A stretch of DNA of 64,000 nucleotides, taken from the NCBI RefSeq assembly GCF_036321535.1, contig NC_087436.1, forward strand, positions 80,230,001-80,294,000, written 5' to 3'. This document shows, piece by piece, positions 25,780-38,640 of the stretch. The translations under genes were made by a program, and so were the position numbers. The notes under the pieces are model-generated. The model had not been told where the DNA came from. It ran no database searches and was given only the letters and a program-made list of their open reading frames with translations. How positions within the stretch are numbered: the first letter of the stretch is position 1; every line of letters starts with the position of its first letter. This DNA comes from Camelus dromedarius (lineage: Eukaryota).

Positions 25780-26335
25780 AGCAAAACATACGTCTATTCA
25801 AAACCTTTTATACTAATGTTCACAGTGGCATTATTTACAATAACCAAAAAGTTGAAACAATCCAGATGTCCATCAACTAGTGAATGGATAAATAAAGCAT
25901 AATATATCTATATAACGAAATATCATTCAGCACTAAAAAGGAATGAAGTACAGATTCATGCTACAAGTTGGATGAAAATTAAAAGTGTTTTGCTAAGTAA
26001 AGAAATCAGCCTCAAAAGAGACTGAAAAAGAGATCAGTCCCACGCATTGTATGATTCCATTTATGTGAAATGTGCAGAATAGATAAATCCATAGAGACAG
26101 CAAACAGAGTAGTGTCCCCTTGGGGAAGGGACAAGGGTGTTGGGAATAGGAACATGAATGACTATTAACGGTAACAAGGGGCTCTTTGGGGTAATATTGA
26201 AATGTTCCAAAATTAGATTGTGATGATGGTTGCACAACTCTGTGAATATATCAAAAACCCCTGAACTGTACACTTTAAGTGGGTGAATGTTATGGCATAT
26301 GAAACATATCTCAATAAAACTATTTTAAAATAAGA
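25780..26335 (+). mobile_element. L1 3' end (L1MB/MC-like)
   Basis: atgtccatcaactagtgaatggataaataaa...tgtatgattccatttatgtgaaatg...tatctcAATAAA. Confidence 0.85.
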
Positions 26336-29300
26336 GAGAGATTGTGAAAAAGTGCCAAGAGTGTAGGCAAAAGCCCTCCATAAAGAGCAAAACACTCTCT
26401 GTGGGTGGGAGGCATCACTGTTGTCCTCACCTAAGGAGATTTGCTAGGAGAGGAAGTGACAAACGGCCAGTAGCTAAAGAAATGGATACGGATGGAGAAG
26501 GGCATGGGAATGACCGCCCTATGCAAGGAAGATTAAATAAAACATAATAAGGCAATATGAAAACAAAATGACACCAACTTACTTATTTTTCCTTCCAAGT
26601 TTCCTTTGTATTTCATATTGTAAACAAGATGTAATTGACTTGTAGAAAACAACAAATATGCATTTCAGATATTTTTTATTGTTTCAGGATCATGAAGTCC
26701 ATAAATCATTTCCTGTCTAGAGACAAGGGAAAGAGACACAGAGGATTCAAGTCAAGAAATTTCGATGTCCTACTGGGTGTTAATTCTACCTCTTAATCAA
26801 GATCTGGTTACCAAAAAGGAAGACAAAGCATAAAAATGCTATAAAGATTTTAATTTTTTTCACTCTCTCCATAACTCATGCCGTACATGTGCTCATTCTG
26901 ACATTCACTAGAGCGAGAAAATTGAGATGTTGTTGCAAGATTATGTACAGCAGAACCCCTGCCAATTATGATGAAGAAGCCGTCTGTGCCTGTTCTATAA
27001 AGCTCTGTAACATCAAGGTACGCCAGTGCTGCTTCTGCGTCCTCAAAAACATACTATATCCAAAGAACAGTAAAAGGTAATTAAAAATACTTAATAGCTT
27101 AATCACACTTAGTCTTATATTTGTCCAATGCAGACTCTGGTTTGCCGGTGATGTAGCTGTAAGGCATTATCTTGGGCCAAGAAAATGAATCAGATATTTA
27201 ATGGATATGTGGAAATGGACATTTTCTTGTAAGATTACAAAAACGTGAGCTGGTGATACACTAAACTATAATAAAGTTTATCATTAAAATTCTGAGCAGG
27301 AACTCTAGGCACTGTATCTCTTTTCCCTAAAGGATTAGGTATTTTGCAAAAGAATGCTTGACTTTAAGGACATAGAATATAGTCTTGATCTCAAATCAGC
27401 CAGGTGCTGAGAGGTATAACAGAAGCCATAAAGCTCCCTCTTCTAGAAGCCTACCTATAACTTGGTTCTTACTTATAAAAATACTATTAATGCCAGTGGC
27501 CTGGTCAGCTAGAACGAAGGGCTGCAGTTCATGGAGAAGACACCCTCTGGTCAGAGAGAAAGCTGCAGGTGAGCTAGCATCTCAGCTAATCTGAGCCTTT
27601 TCACTTTTGAGTGTATGTTTGTATGTTCTCCCCTAGACCGGGATATTCTCGTGTGTTCTTGTAGAAAGCCACAAGGAAGAAGAGACTGAAGATTCTAAAG
27701 AAGGAGGGGATGATTGAATAAGAAATGTCCAAGAGGATGAAAATAGGTGGAAAGGTAAGCCTTTCTTTGGGTTTGTAGGAGGCAAGACTAGATGTGAAGA
27801 AATTTAGATGTGTAGGGCAGGAGAGTAGAGTGGATAAGGAAGCTTCTGCCAGGAAAGCAGGAAATATCCATTTGATGGGAAGATTCAGGGAAGAGTTGGC
27901 AATGTGAGAAGAAAGATAATTCAAGAAAAATGCCAAAATAAACATGTGAACAGATCAAGAAGAGGTGAGTAAGAGATTACATAGACTGGGGGAGCTACCC
28001 AGTGGGCTGCGTGAACTTTTTAGGAAGGATGGCTCTGCTCTGGCAGTTCCTCCAGCATCACCCACCCCCTACTGGAACCTGGACTGTGATTTGTAGATGG
28101 CAAGCAATGTCACCGATGCGTGAAATCAAAGGGGCTGGCCTTTGAATTCTCCTTATTGGTGCACTACTTAGTTCCTATGTTTCTAGGATGGAGACGTGGG
28201 CTTCGGAGAGGAAGGCAACCTTCTCCGTGCCATCCTGACCATATCTAGGCTTTGCAGAAACTAAGGAAAACACAGTAAGTGTGATCATTTTTATCTGCAC
28301 TTCTTATAAAAGATATTTTGTAAGTTGCTTATGGCTATGACCATCTCTTCCACCAGGTAGAATACAGTTCCTGTTTCTTCTCACTTTTATTATGTCAGTA
28401 TGGTTTAATAAGTAAAGCTGTGCCTTAATTCAGAATTGCTGACAAAGGAGTTACATTTCAACCTATAACTCAGAGGGAAAAAATACCTATTGGTTCCTCC
28501 TAAAGAGCTTATCATAGTGGTGAATCAAGACAGAAATTCCTAATATCCTCTCTGACTCCTAATCAAAACTCAGTTAACAGGAAAGAAGATGAAACCTAAA
28601 ATAACAGCACTATGACGGACTGGCACTGCCTGCACCTCTATGCTTAACTGACACGTCGCATAATTTACCTCTTCCAGGACCTGAATAGCTCACCTGCAGA
28701 AGAGCAGGTGCTGGGTTTACATGCTGCACTGATCACAATGCACAGAATTTTTTTAACTAAAAAGGAACAGATTTATCCATTTTGTGTGACTGATGCAACC
28801 TACTCTGAGCTGTCCATCTACATCTCAGACTTTTGCATCCTGACCCCGCGTCTGAGGTCTGAATAGCAACGTAGCACCTCCCAATGGATGTTCCTTTCTG
28901 CAGTTAGAAGAAACTGCAGTTATACAAAAGGACATATTTTCCTGTCAGTTGATTGAAACGTGTAAAAAATACAGCCACCCCTCACCCCCAAACACAGTCA
29001 TCCAGATGACTACAGATGCCAAGTCCCCATGATTAAATTCTGAGTGAAGTGAAGCAGTATGCAGGCAGAAAATCCACACAGCCAAGACCAGTCCTACCTC
29101 TTCTGTCACTAAGTAGAGAGCTATCTCTGGAAATTGTACCTGGGACACTTGCTAGAGTCGCCCAGAAGAGAGGGATGTGATTTATATTTTTAGCCCTAAC
29201 TAACGTCATAACTGAAAAATAGTATGCCTGCATACAGCTATGTTTCTATAACTAGTATTTTCCCTTAACAAAGGTACGATATAGTTCATATCATGTAACG

Positions 29301-29785
29301 CAGTTTAATGTGAAGCTTAGAATAAATTAGTCTTACAAATGGAATTTTAAGTAAGAGTTAAAGCATCATGAAAAGAAAAAGCACAAGGAGATTCCTGCAC
29401 CAGCGGAGTAAGATTTAATAAAGGCAAGTGTACACGGCACACAGGAAAAGGAAAGCAGGCAGTACGGACAGAGACCTGCGTGGCTCGGGAAGGCACGGGC
29501 AGGGCTGCGCAGACGTACAGACATGAGCCGCCCAGACGGACGACCCTGGGGGCCCACCCTGTGCACACAGAGCTGTGGCCCTCGAGTAGCAGAGAGCAAG
29601 GCCGAGTCACTCAGATGCATCTTTCCCACGTCTGAGTGGGAGGGGAGACCACTCTGAAATCCTCCTTTGAACGTCCCCTCAATCTAAAGCTCAAATTCTC
29701 AGCTTTAGAAATTTTACCTGTGACATTTTACATTGCAACCCAGGACTCACACACAGACGCACAGAGATGACGTCCTCTACTGTTT

Positions 29786-29820
29786 TCTATCCTATCCTAT
29801 CCTATCCTATCCTATCCTAT
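29786..29820. repeat. (CTATC)n pentanucleotide repeat
   Basis: About 7 units, seen directly. Confidence 0.9.
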
Positions 29821-29851
29821 TTCATTCTTTTTAAATTCTGATGAAAACACA

Positions 29852-30271
29852 TGTTATGGGTTTAAGTGTGTCCACTGCCCCCATCCAACTTCATGTGTTG
29901 AAATCCCAACCCCTACACCTCAGAGGTGGATCATATTTGGAGATGGTGTCTTAACAGAGGTAATCAAGTTAAAATGGGGTCATTAGGATGAGCCTTCATC
30001 TAACCTGACTGGAACGGTGTCCTTATAAAAAGGGGGAATTTGGACCCACAGACATGCACAGAGGGAAGACGCTCTGAAGAGACACAGGGAGAAGATGGGC
30101 CAAGGAGAAAGGCCTGGAACAGTCTTCCCTCACGGCCCTCAGAAGGAACCAGCCCTGCCAACACCAGATCCGGGGATTCTACCTCCAGAACCGTGAGACA
30201 ACACACATCTGTTGCTTAAGCCATGCAGTCTACGGTGCTTTGTTCTGTGGTGGCCCCAGCACATTGATACA
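29852..30271 (+). mobile_element. MaLR LTR (MLT1A-C-like)
   Basis: tgttatgggttt...gaggtaatcaagttaaaatggggtcatt...cctcagaaggaaccagccctgcc...gataca. Confidence 0.85.
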
Positions 30272-33200
30272 ACCCACTAAACTGGTTTCATGACCCATTA
30301 ATGGGCCTTGAAGAGCAGTTTGGGAAAAGTGAATCTGGCCCCACAGCCCTCTCCAGCATCTTCTGTCCATCTTGACCACCTGCGGTGATGGAGAACTCAC
30401 TGTCTCCCAAGGCGGGGCATGCTGTCCCAGGGTATCTCTGGCAGAGCTAAAATATGATTCCTGTACCTCTGTTCAACAGCTCGGCTGCCATCCTTTGGAA
30501 TCGTATAGAGAAATCAAATTTCTCCTCATCATGACAGATTTCTAATAGGACACTTGTATTCTGGGGCTACCATCCTCGTCTCAGCTGTCTCCTGTAGACT
30601 CTGTGCTTTCTTCCAGATTATTTTCTCCCAGTCCCTTGAACAGATACAGCCTTGTTTCTTTGCCTTTTTGCCGACCTCTCCTGCAACGGGGATTGTCTGC
30701 CCCTTCTCATCTGCTGGCTGAACCCCAGCCTGTTGGAAAGGCCCAGGCTAGCCTCGTCTTTACAGGTCATTTTCTGATCCTGACAGAGCAATCCCTTTTT
30801 TCTCAAAACATCTAACACTCTGCTCAGTAGTCATTAAAGGCTGGCCCATATTTATTAGCACTTAGGAAACTGAGTTTTGACAATATATACTGAACTTCTC
30901 CTTTAATATAGAAAATGTGATAAAGTAGCAGCCTTAAGTATTAGATCCCAAGTTGACATGCCTGAGTTAGCCTCTTTGCAACTACCTTCCCTTTGTTCAA
31001 ACCAGTTTTTCCCAAAATCTCTTCTAACCAGTCTCCTTTCGAGAGAAGTAGAAACTGAATCAACAGGCCAGGAAAGCACTGTGGATCCTTGTAAATCTAG
31101 AAGTAGGCTGCTGACAATTTTGTTGTCCCCCAGTAGCTTCTCTTCCCATCTATTTCTGTCCTCCCCTTCTCTCTAGCCTCCTTCTCCTTTTGTGGTACAG
31201 ACACTGGGGAAATTTTGTTCTATTCTCTCAGAGACTCCTCTAGCCCAGGTCTCTTACTTGAGCCTTAACTCACCTGTCCAATAACTGATTTCACCGACTC
31301 CTCAAACTCCAGATGTCCAAAGTGGAACCATCATCTTCCTACTCTCTTCAATATTTCCCATCCCAGGGGATGGCCTCACCATCTACTCATTTTCCCAAGC
31401 TAGGAACATGGATATCACTGTAACTCCCCAACTGCCACAGCCCATCAGGTACAACTATTGTGGTTTCCACCTTTTTAATATCTCCCAAATTAACCCCTTT
31501 TTGTTTTAGATTCTGGCCACTGCCTACACTCAACCTCTCAGCCTAGGTCACTGCGTCGCCCTCAGTTGGTCTCCCTGCTTCCACCTCCCTCCACGCAATT
31601 CATTTTCCCCTGCAGTTTGAATAATCATTCCCAAATGTCACTTAGTTATACCATTTTTGTACAGGTCAGGATCCAGCCAGGAAACAAGCAACTCTGAAAA
31701 GCAGATGCAATTTCCTACTAAAAATTGATTATGCAGGTGATTAAAGAGCTTAGACATCAAAGGAAGGATGAAGAAGCAACCCAGAGATTAGCAACAGCAG
31801 GAGGAAGAGCCACTGCCTCCCAAGTGGGGGGGGGACAAAGGGGAGGAGGGGCCTTCCTGGGGCCCAGAGCCTGGGGTCACCCAGCAGAAGTGGGGACTAC
31901 ATCCGGCCTGTGCAGAGAAGAGGCCACGGGGAAGGCAGAGCTACAGCTGGCGATGCTACTGGAGGTGGAAAGAGTCAGGGAGAAACACCCTGACGTCTGC
32001 CTTCCCACCATCATCCAATTTCCCAACAGTACCTCTCTTGACTAAACCCAGCTAGAAGCCAGCAGACACCAGGTCTGGGAAATGCAGCCTCCAGGGACCA
32101 GACAGGGCAGTGCCAGGGAAGGGCTATGAGAGGACATGGGGCAGTCAGGCCCAGCACTGGATGGCCTCCCTTCCAGAAACTTGAGAGTGCCGTAAAGCCT
32201 TCAGCACAAAGTGCACCTCCTTACAAGGAAGACAAGGTCGTGTACTCTTGCACTGGCTCCTGCCTGTCTCTCTGGGGCCAGCTAGGACCAGGCCAACCAA
32301 CCCCGCCCTGCCCTCATACTCAGCTTCAGGTTCGCAGCTCTCTACACACGGTTTCCAAATACACTCAGCTCCCTCACCACCAGCCTCTTACACACGCTGC
32401 TCCCTAAAACTGAAACCCATTTCGAATTCCTTCCTCACCTTCTCAAGCCCAGCTCCTGCCCCAAACGCCAGGAAGCCTCCCAGAGCCCCCACCTCACGTC
32501 CTCCCCGGCAGGTTGGCTGCCGTTTTCGTGTGTTTCCATGGCACCCTGTGCTCATCTCACATAGTATTATCCTTTGGTCACTGATGGTGTCAGCTCTCTG
32601 GTCTTCCTCGTTAGAATGTAAAGGTAGGGACAATGCCTTAGGCTCCTCCTCCCTCTCTGTGCAAAGTGTAGTGCCTGGTATATTTAGTAAATACTTGGTG
32701 AATAAGCAAATACATTGGTCTTAAGAGAATTTATTCTTCACTTAGGATGGCAGGGCCAGTTCTTTCAAAAGTTATGACATTTTTCAACCACAAGATTTAT
32801 TTTTCAAATTCACTCCAAAATATTTTTAATACTGGAAAAGATTTCCTTTCTGAAGACCAGGGAGTCCCTCCCAGGTATTTTTGGAATGTGACTTTAAAAC
32901 CGAAAAACCACCTAAAAATAGGAGGTAAGAAAGCTTAAAAAGTAAGAAGCATTTCAATATTTTCCAAACTATTGAAGGATACCTTTTTTTTTTAACAAAT
33001 AATATTTTATTTAACAAATAATAGTTCTGTTACAAATCATAGTAGAGCAGCAGTTCTCAAAGAGAACCATTTTTACTTGAAAGAGCAACTGACAAGCAGA
33101 CTTGGGCGTTTGGCTGGCATTTTCTCAAATATACACGAGGGACGCTGCTCACTACAAGGAAAACAATGGGCAATATTTGTCGCCAGAGATAAAATGTAAG

Positions 33201-33311
33201 ATTTCAAGCAAAACTTTAGAAAACTTGTATTTGCCGCTGTGAGCTTGACCACTTCCCAGCATTTGAAATCTCTCCTGTTGACATTGGTGGTCAGGAAAAT
33301 GATTTCTTTTT

Positions 33312-33792
33312 AGAAGAAGTTACCACAAACTTAGTGGCTTAAAACAACACTTTTTAAAAAATAGTTACTATAGTTATAATTGGCTAGAATTTTAACACAG
33401 GTCTCTCTAGGCTAAAATCAAGATGTCAGCAGGGCTGTCTGAAGGCTCTAGGGGAGAATTGGTTTCCATGTGTTTTCTAGCTTCTAGAGGCTCCCCTATT
33501 CTTTGGCTCTTGGCCTTTTCCACCATTTTCAAAACCAACAACGTAGCATCTCTCTGACTTCTGCTTGGGCCATGACATCTTTTCCCTCTGACCTTTCTTC
33601 CAGCTTCCCACTTTTAAAGACCCTTGTGATTTTTGCACCTCTCTGGATAACCTCGGCTGATTTCCCTGTGTTAAGTTCAGCTGATGTGCAAACTTCATTT
33701 CATCTGCCACCTTACTTCCCCTTAACCTAACATACCCACCCTGGGGATTATGACATGGACATCTTCAGGGGACCATTATTCTGCCTACAACA
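33312..33792 (-). mobile_element. MLT1 LTR inserted in Charlie1
   Basis: taccacaaacttagtggcttaaaacaacac...ccattattctgcctacaaca. Confidence 0.8.
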
Positions 33793-33959
33793 GGTGTGAT
33801 ATTAACAAATGTAATTTTTTTAAAATATCTTTTTAAATGATTATGTCAACATTTGGAAGATCTGCATAACTTAGTGGACGAATATTTTCCAAATGACTAA
33901 TGGTCAATGTTCAAAATTATGCATGGATCAAAGAGCCATTCAAAGTCTATGACAGATGG

Positions 33960-34046
33960 GGCAGGAGGGTAGAGCTCAGTGGTAGAGCGCATGCTTAGCA
34001 TGCACAAGGTCCTGGGTTCAATCCTCAGTACCTCCATATAAATAAA
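33960..34046 (+). mobile_element. tRNA-derived SINE (camelid vic-1-like), short-tailed
   Basis: gagggtagagctcagtggtagagcgcatgcttagcatgcacaaggtcctgggttcaatcc; perfect direct repeat caaagtctatgacagatgg at 33941-33959 and 34047-34065. Confidence 0.93.
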
Positions 34047-35625
34047 CAAAGTCTATGACAGATGGATTTCATGTTACAGAGTACAACTTCAGATTCCAAC
34101 TCGCAACTAATCTTTTAGAAAGTACTATTTGTTGAATTTTGATGTAATATCAAAGATGAATATGCACAATTATCTGAAAAGGCTATTAAAATACTCCTCC
34201 TTTCCAATCATGTATCTGTATAAACTCAGATTTTCTTCATATAATCTAACCAAACAACAATATATTACCACAAATCAAATGCAGAAGCAGATATGAAAAC
34301 CTAGCTGTCTTCTATAAAGCCAGGCTTTAAAGCAATTTACAAAAAAATGTAGAATGGTGCCATTCTTCTCTAATTTTTTTAAAAAACATGTTTTTTTATA
34401 AAAATATGCCATCCACATTAACAGATAATAGGTTTCTTATTGTTACCTTTAAAAGAATTAATACGTTAAAAAATTTTTTAGTTCAATATATAATATGATA
34501 TATTTTGATAACTATAACTCCCCTACATAAAGGCTTTTTGAGGTCCTCAATCATTTTTAAGAATGTGGAGGAGTCCTGAGAGGCAGATGTCTAAGGGATG
34601 CTGTGCTGGAGTAACAGTTCTTCCAGAGAGACAGTGGGATGGAGGAACATGTGATCTCTCAATGGGCGCGCTGCTTCCTGGAGAGCTGGCCCACCCCCAC
34701 ACCTAGCTGGCCTTTATAATGATAATGACGTTTTGTGAGGATCCCTGAGTTGGTCATACTGCCAAGAGGCAAGTTTACCAGCTGAAGGAAGAGCACTTGA
34801 TCAGATCAGCGAAGGTGTAAAATAGAGCATTTCCACCCACAAGGTACAGTAAAAAGGCATAAAAAGGGGGCAGCACCTGAGTTACCTCCTGTGTCCCCTG
34901 AACATGAGGAGCAGGAAGAAGCCCCCCCCTGCTGCCCTGCCTCCTTCCAACTTCCTTTGGAGGTTAAGCCTTGTCTGAACGTCTGTGGAACAGGCATCTC
35001 CCTAAATAAAAGCCCTACTTGTAAATGGTGACCAGGTGTGCAAGTGTCAGGCCCACCAACCACGGACTGAGATTTGCTTTGTATAAAGTGCTCAGTGGTG
35101 TGCCAGGGAATCTGCTCGGTTCCTCCATGTTTCCCATCCGTTAAGTAGAAGACCAACCACGGTGAGCATTGGTAGACACCAAAACAGGTCGCCAAGGAAG
35201 AATGTGGACTTTCCTCTCACTTGCACGGCCTCCAAATGCAGATTTGTTTGGCATTCTTCTTTGACGGCCCCTGTGTGCTCTGGGTGATGGAGGGTGCTTG
35301 GTAATCTTCGTTGTTACTCTTGTTATTGCAGGTCAGTCTGAAAACAATGTCCAGGGTAAACTAAATGATGTCTCAAGTGCCCTTGCAACTATAGGACTGA
35401 AAATTCTATGGCTGTCTCCAAATCATAGTAACATAATGGATCAGTAGAGTGAAACTATCGAGCTATAGTACAGATATTATTTTAGCAGGATTTTTTGTTT
35501 TCATTAGGTTTTGTTAGTGTCAGATATGTAAACCCTAAGTGATTTTACTAAGACCCTAAGGTATTTGTGGTAATGCATTCTCACAAATCAGGAGGTAGAG
35601 CTTAATTCCATGTTCCCTGTAGCGA

Positions 35626-35679
35626 ATACTGGGCTCCTTTCTTATTGTCTCCATACTGGGCTCCTTTCTTATTGTCTCC
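35626..35679. repeat. Perfect 27-bp tandem duplication
   Basis: atactgggctcctttcttattgtctcc twice. Confidence 0.97.
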
Positions 35680-36189
35680 GTCACCAAGTAGCTGCAGAGC
35701 CCTGGGACAGTGCTTTAACTTCTCACAGCCCCAGATTCCTCATCTACCACTTGGGTATAGGAATGTCTATCCAGGAAGGTTGTTGTGAGGCTCGAAAGCA
35801 ACAATAATGCTGCATGTGAAAGGGCTCTTGGTAAACTAAACTGTCTCATACAAATGACAGCACCAAGAAGGAACTTTATAAAGCTACCTTATTTCTCCCT
35901 TCTATCTTCATCATCCCCACCCTCAATCCAACCCAAATACAACCAAAGTGAAATCATAGCTTTTGCTATAAAAATGCAGACTTAAAGTTAGATTTACCTT
36001 ACTCTTCTTCTAAACAAACTGGCACTCCTGCGACCTTTTCATATGTAGACATTCTGTTCCTTCCTTTGTTCTACTTATTCTTCTGTTCTATTCTATACCT
36101 CCTTCTATTTTATTTATTAATATCTAGCAATGTGATATTTATACAAGTAGGCTTTGAAATGCTCAGGGACTGACTCAGGCAATCAATTA

Positions 36190-37600
36190 TTAATTCAATA
36201 ACTATTTCAGTGTCCACTAAGTGTCATGCTCTGAATTAGGCAGTGGGGATGTAGCAGTGAAGAAAACATACAAAACTCCCTGCCTACCTAGAGTTTATGT
36301 TCCAATGGGCAATGGGTGGTAGGTAACAAGGAAAGACAACACTATGTCAAAGGGTGATGTGAGCTGTAGAGAAAAAGAAGGGAAGGGGTAAAGAGTGCAG
36401 GGCACTGGTGACCGAGTGGAGGGTGCAATATAGAGTGTAGTCAGGGCAAGGCTTCATACTACGATGTTTTTCAAGCAATGTCTGACACAGTTATCATGGA
36501 GAAGATGGTTCAAGGCAGAGAAGACAGCAACACGAATGTGTGAGGCCTGGTGTGTTCAGAGGACAGCAAGGAAGTCAGGGTACCTGGGAGAGTAAAGCGG
36601 GGAGAGTGGGAGATGAGCAAGAGACACAGGGATGGGGAGGAAATGGGCGAGATCCCTGGCTTCCACGTCCCCACAGAAGGGCTTTGAGCAGAGGACTGCA
36701 TGACCAGATACAAGTGCTAAAAGAACCACACAGGCCACTGTTTAGTGATTAGACTACTAAGCCCCAACAATGAATAAAGAAAGACCAGGCAGGAGGCTTT
36801 GGAATAATACATGCAGAGACCAGTGGCAACCATGGAGATGGTGAGAGGTAGACAGAGCTTAGATATACTTTGATGGTAGAAACAACAGGATTTACAGAAG
36901 GATTGAATGTGAGTTATAAGGGGAAGAAAGAATGACTTTAAGGGTTTGGCCTGAAGAACTGGAATAATGGAGTGGCCTTTCACTTAGATGAGGTGAACCA
37001 GGTTCCACGTGGTTAGGAAGACTTGCATGCTTTGGACACGTAAATTTTGAGATGACTTTTTACATCCCAGATGTCAAGGAGGTGGTCAAATTTGAGAGTC
37101 TAAAATTCATGAGGAGAGGTCTGGGCTGGATATAAATTTAGGAGCATCTGTGTTCATACGACACTTAGAGCTAAGTTGAGATTGAATAATATTATCAAGA
37201 ATATGAGCATGAATAGAAGGATTCCAAGGACTGAGGCCAGAGCCTTTAAAGTCAAGAATCTGAAGAAGAACTAGCAAGAAAGACTGAGAAGGGGTGACCA
37301 GTGATGTGAGGGAAACCTGCAGATTGTTGTGATCTGAGGTGAACAGGTGTGTCTGGGAGCATGGAGTGGTCAACCGCGTCAAATGCTGCTAATAGGTCAA
37401 GTCAGATGGGGACTCAGAACTGGGTTTAGCAAAAGGAAAGTCAATTAATGATCTTGACAAGAATGGGGTGTTGGTGGTGTCAAAAAAGCCCAAATGAAGT
37501 GAATTCAAGAAAGACTTAGAGGAGAGAAACTTGGAGACAGCAAGTGTAGACCTTTGAGGAGTTTTGCTGTAAAGGGAAACAGAAAAATACAGAGAAAGGA
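36190..37600 (-). mobile_element. L2 LINE remnant
   Basis: ggagaggtctgggctggatataaatttaggagcatc; gagtggtcaaccgcgtcaaatgctgct; gaggagttttgctgtaaaggga. Confidence 0.8.
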
Positions 37601-38214
37601 GAATATGGAGTTGAGAAGTTTTATTTTCTGGGAATGTTTTGGGTTTTTTAATAGAGACGTTTATAAGACATTTACAGACACTCATTGTATACGTATCTCT
37701 TTATATGCAAATATACAAAGAGCCAAGGCAGGACATGAGTGGGATTTCTCTTTTCAAGAACATGGTTAGCAACTGTACAGTAAAGACAGAAAAAACCAAG
37801 CCTGCAAAGAGACCGATGCCTGTCCCCCGACACGCAGCCAAGAAGCAGATCTTAATTGGCTTCAGATTTTGTGCACAAATGAACCCAAATGGATTCAACT
37901 TTACTGAACTATGTATCGTTTATTTTGTTACTAAAATAAGAGTATCAGGCAACTGGAAATCAATGAATTGATTTAAATATTATGCAAAAGATGGAGCTAT
38001 TACTATGGGCACATTTTTATGATTTAAAAATCACACTTCAGCATTTTCCTTATGTCAGGGGCTATGACAGGGCAGCATTGATTAACACATTCAGACCCAA
38101 TCATCAAGAAAAAGACTTGGAACTGCAAATTTCCCTTGTAAAAGATGTCTTCTTAGGTCCACACTAAGTTCAAAGTTATTAAATAATGACAGTTGGGTTT
38201 GGGAGTTTTTGGCG

Positions 38215-38640
38215 TGTGATTTGTTTCTAACTTTTTACCATGAAAAAGTTCATAATATGCAAAAGTAGAGAGAATAGATAATGACCCTCTCCCCCCCATA
38301 TACTCAGGACCCAGCTTCAAAATTACCAGCTCATGGCTAAGCTTATTTCATCCATACCCTCACTCCCCAATCACTGGACTGTTTTCAAGCAAATCCCAGA
38401 CATCATACCATTACATCTATAATTATTTCAATGTATGTCTGAAAGAGGAGAAGGACCCTTATAAAAAAAAAAAACAAACCCGTATAACTATATTATCATT
38501 TTCACATCTAAAAATTAGAGTAGTTTCTTAATGTCATCAAATATTCTTCAGGGTTCATATTTCCTCAGATGTCCCACAGATGTCTCATTCCATATAATTT
38601 GAATCAAGATCCCAACAAGGTCTACAAATGGACACATCAT
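38215..38640 (-). mobile_element. Old L1 (L1ME/MC) 3' fragment
   Basis: caaaagtagagagaatag...tttcaagcaaatcccagacatcat; related fragment at ~55715-55960. Confidence 0.65.

Larger units (their letters stand above)
33048..34603 (+). mobile_element. Charlie1-type hAT DNA transposon remnant with nested insertions
   Basis: TIR-like cagcagttctcaaag...gggatgctg; transposase 3' remnants tgtcaacatttggaagatctgcataac and gaatatgcacaattatctgaaaaggctattaaaatactcc. Confidence 0.85.

Noticed and set aside
33960..34035. tRNA-like sequence with A and B boxes
   Set aside because: Has an AT tail, TSDs and diverged sister copies, so it is a SINE rather than a tRNA gene.
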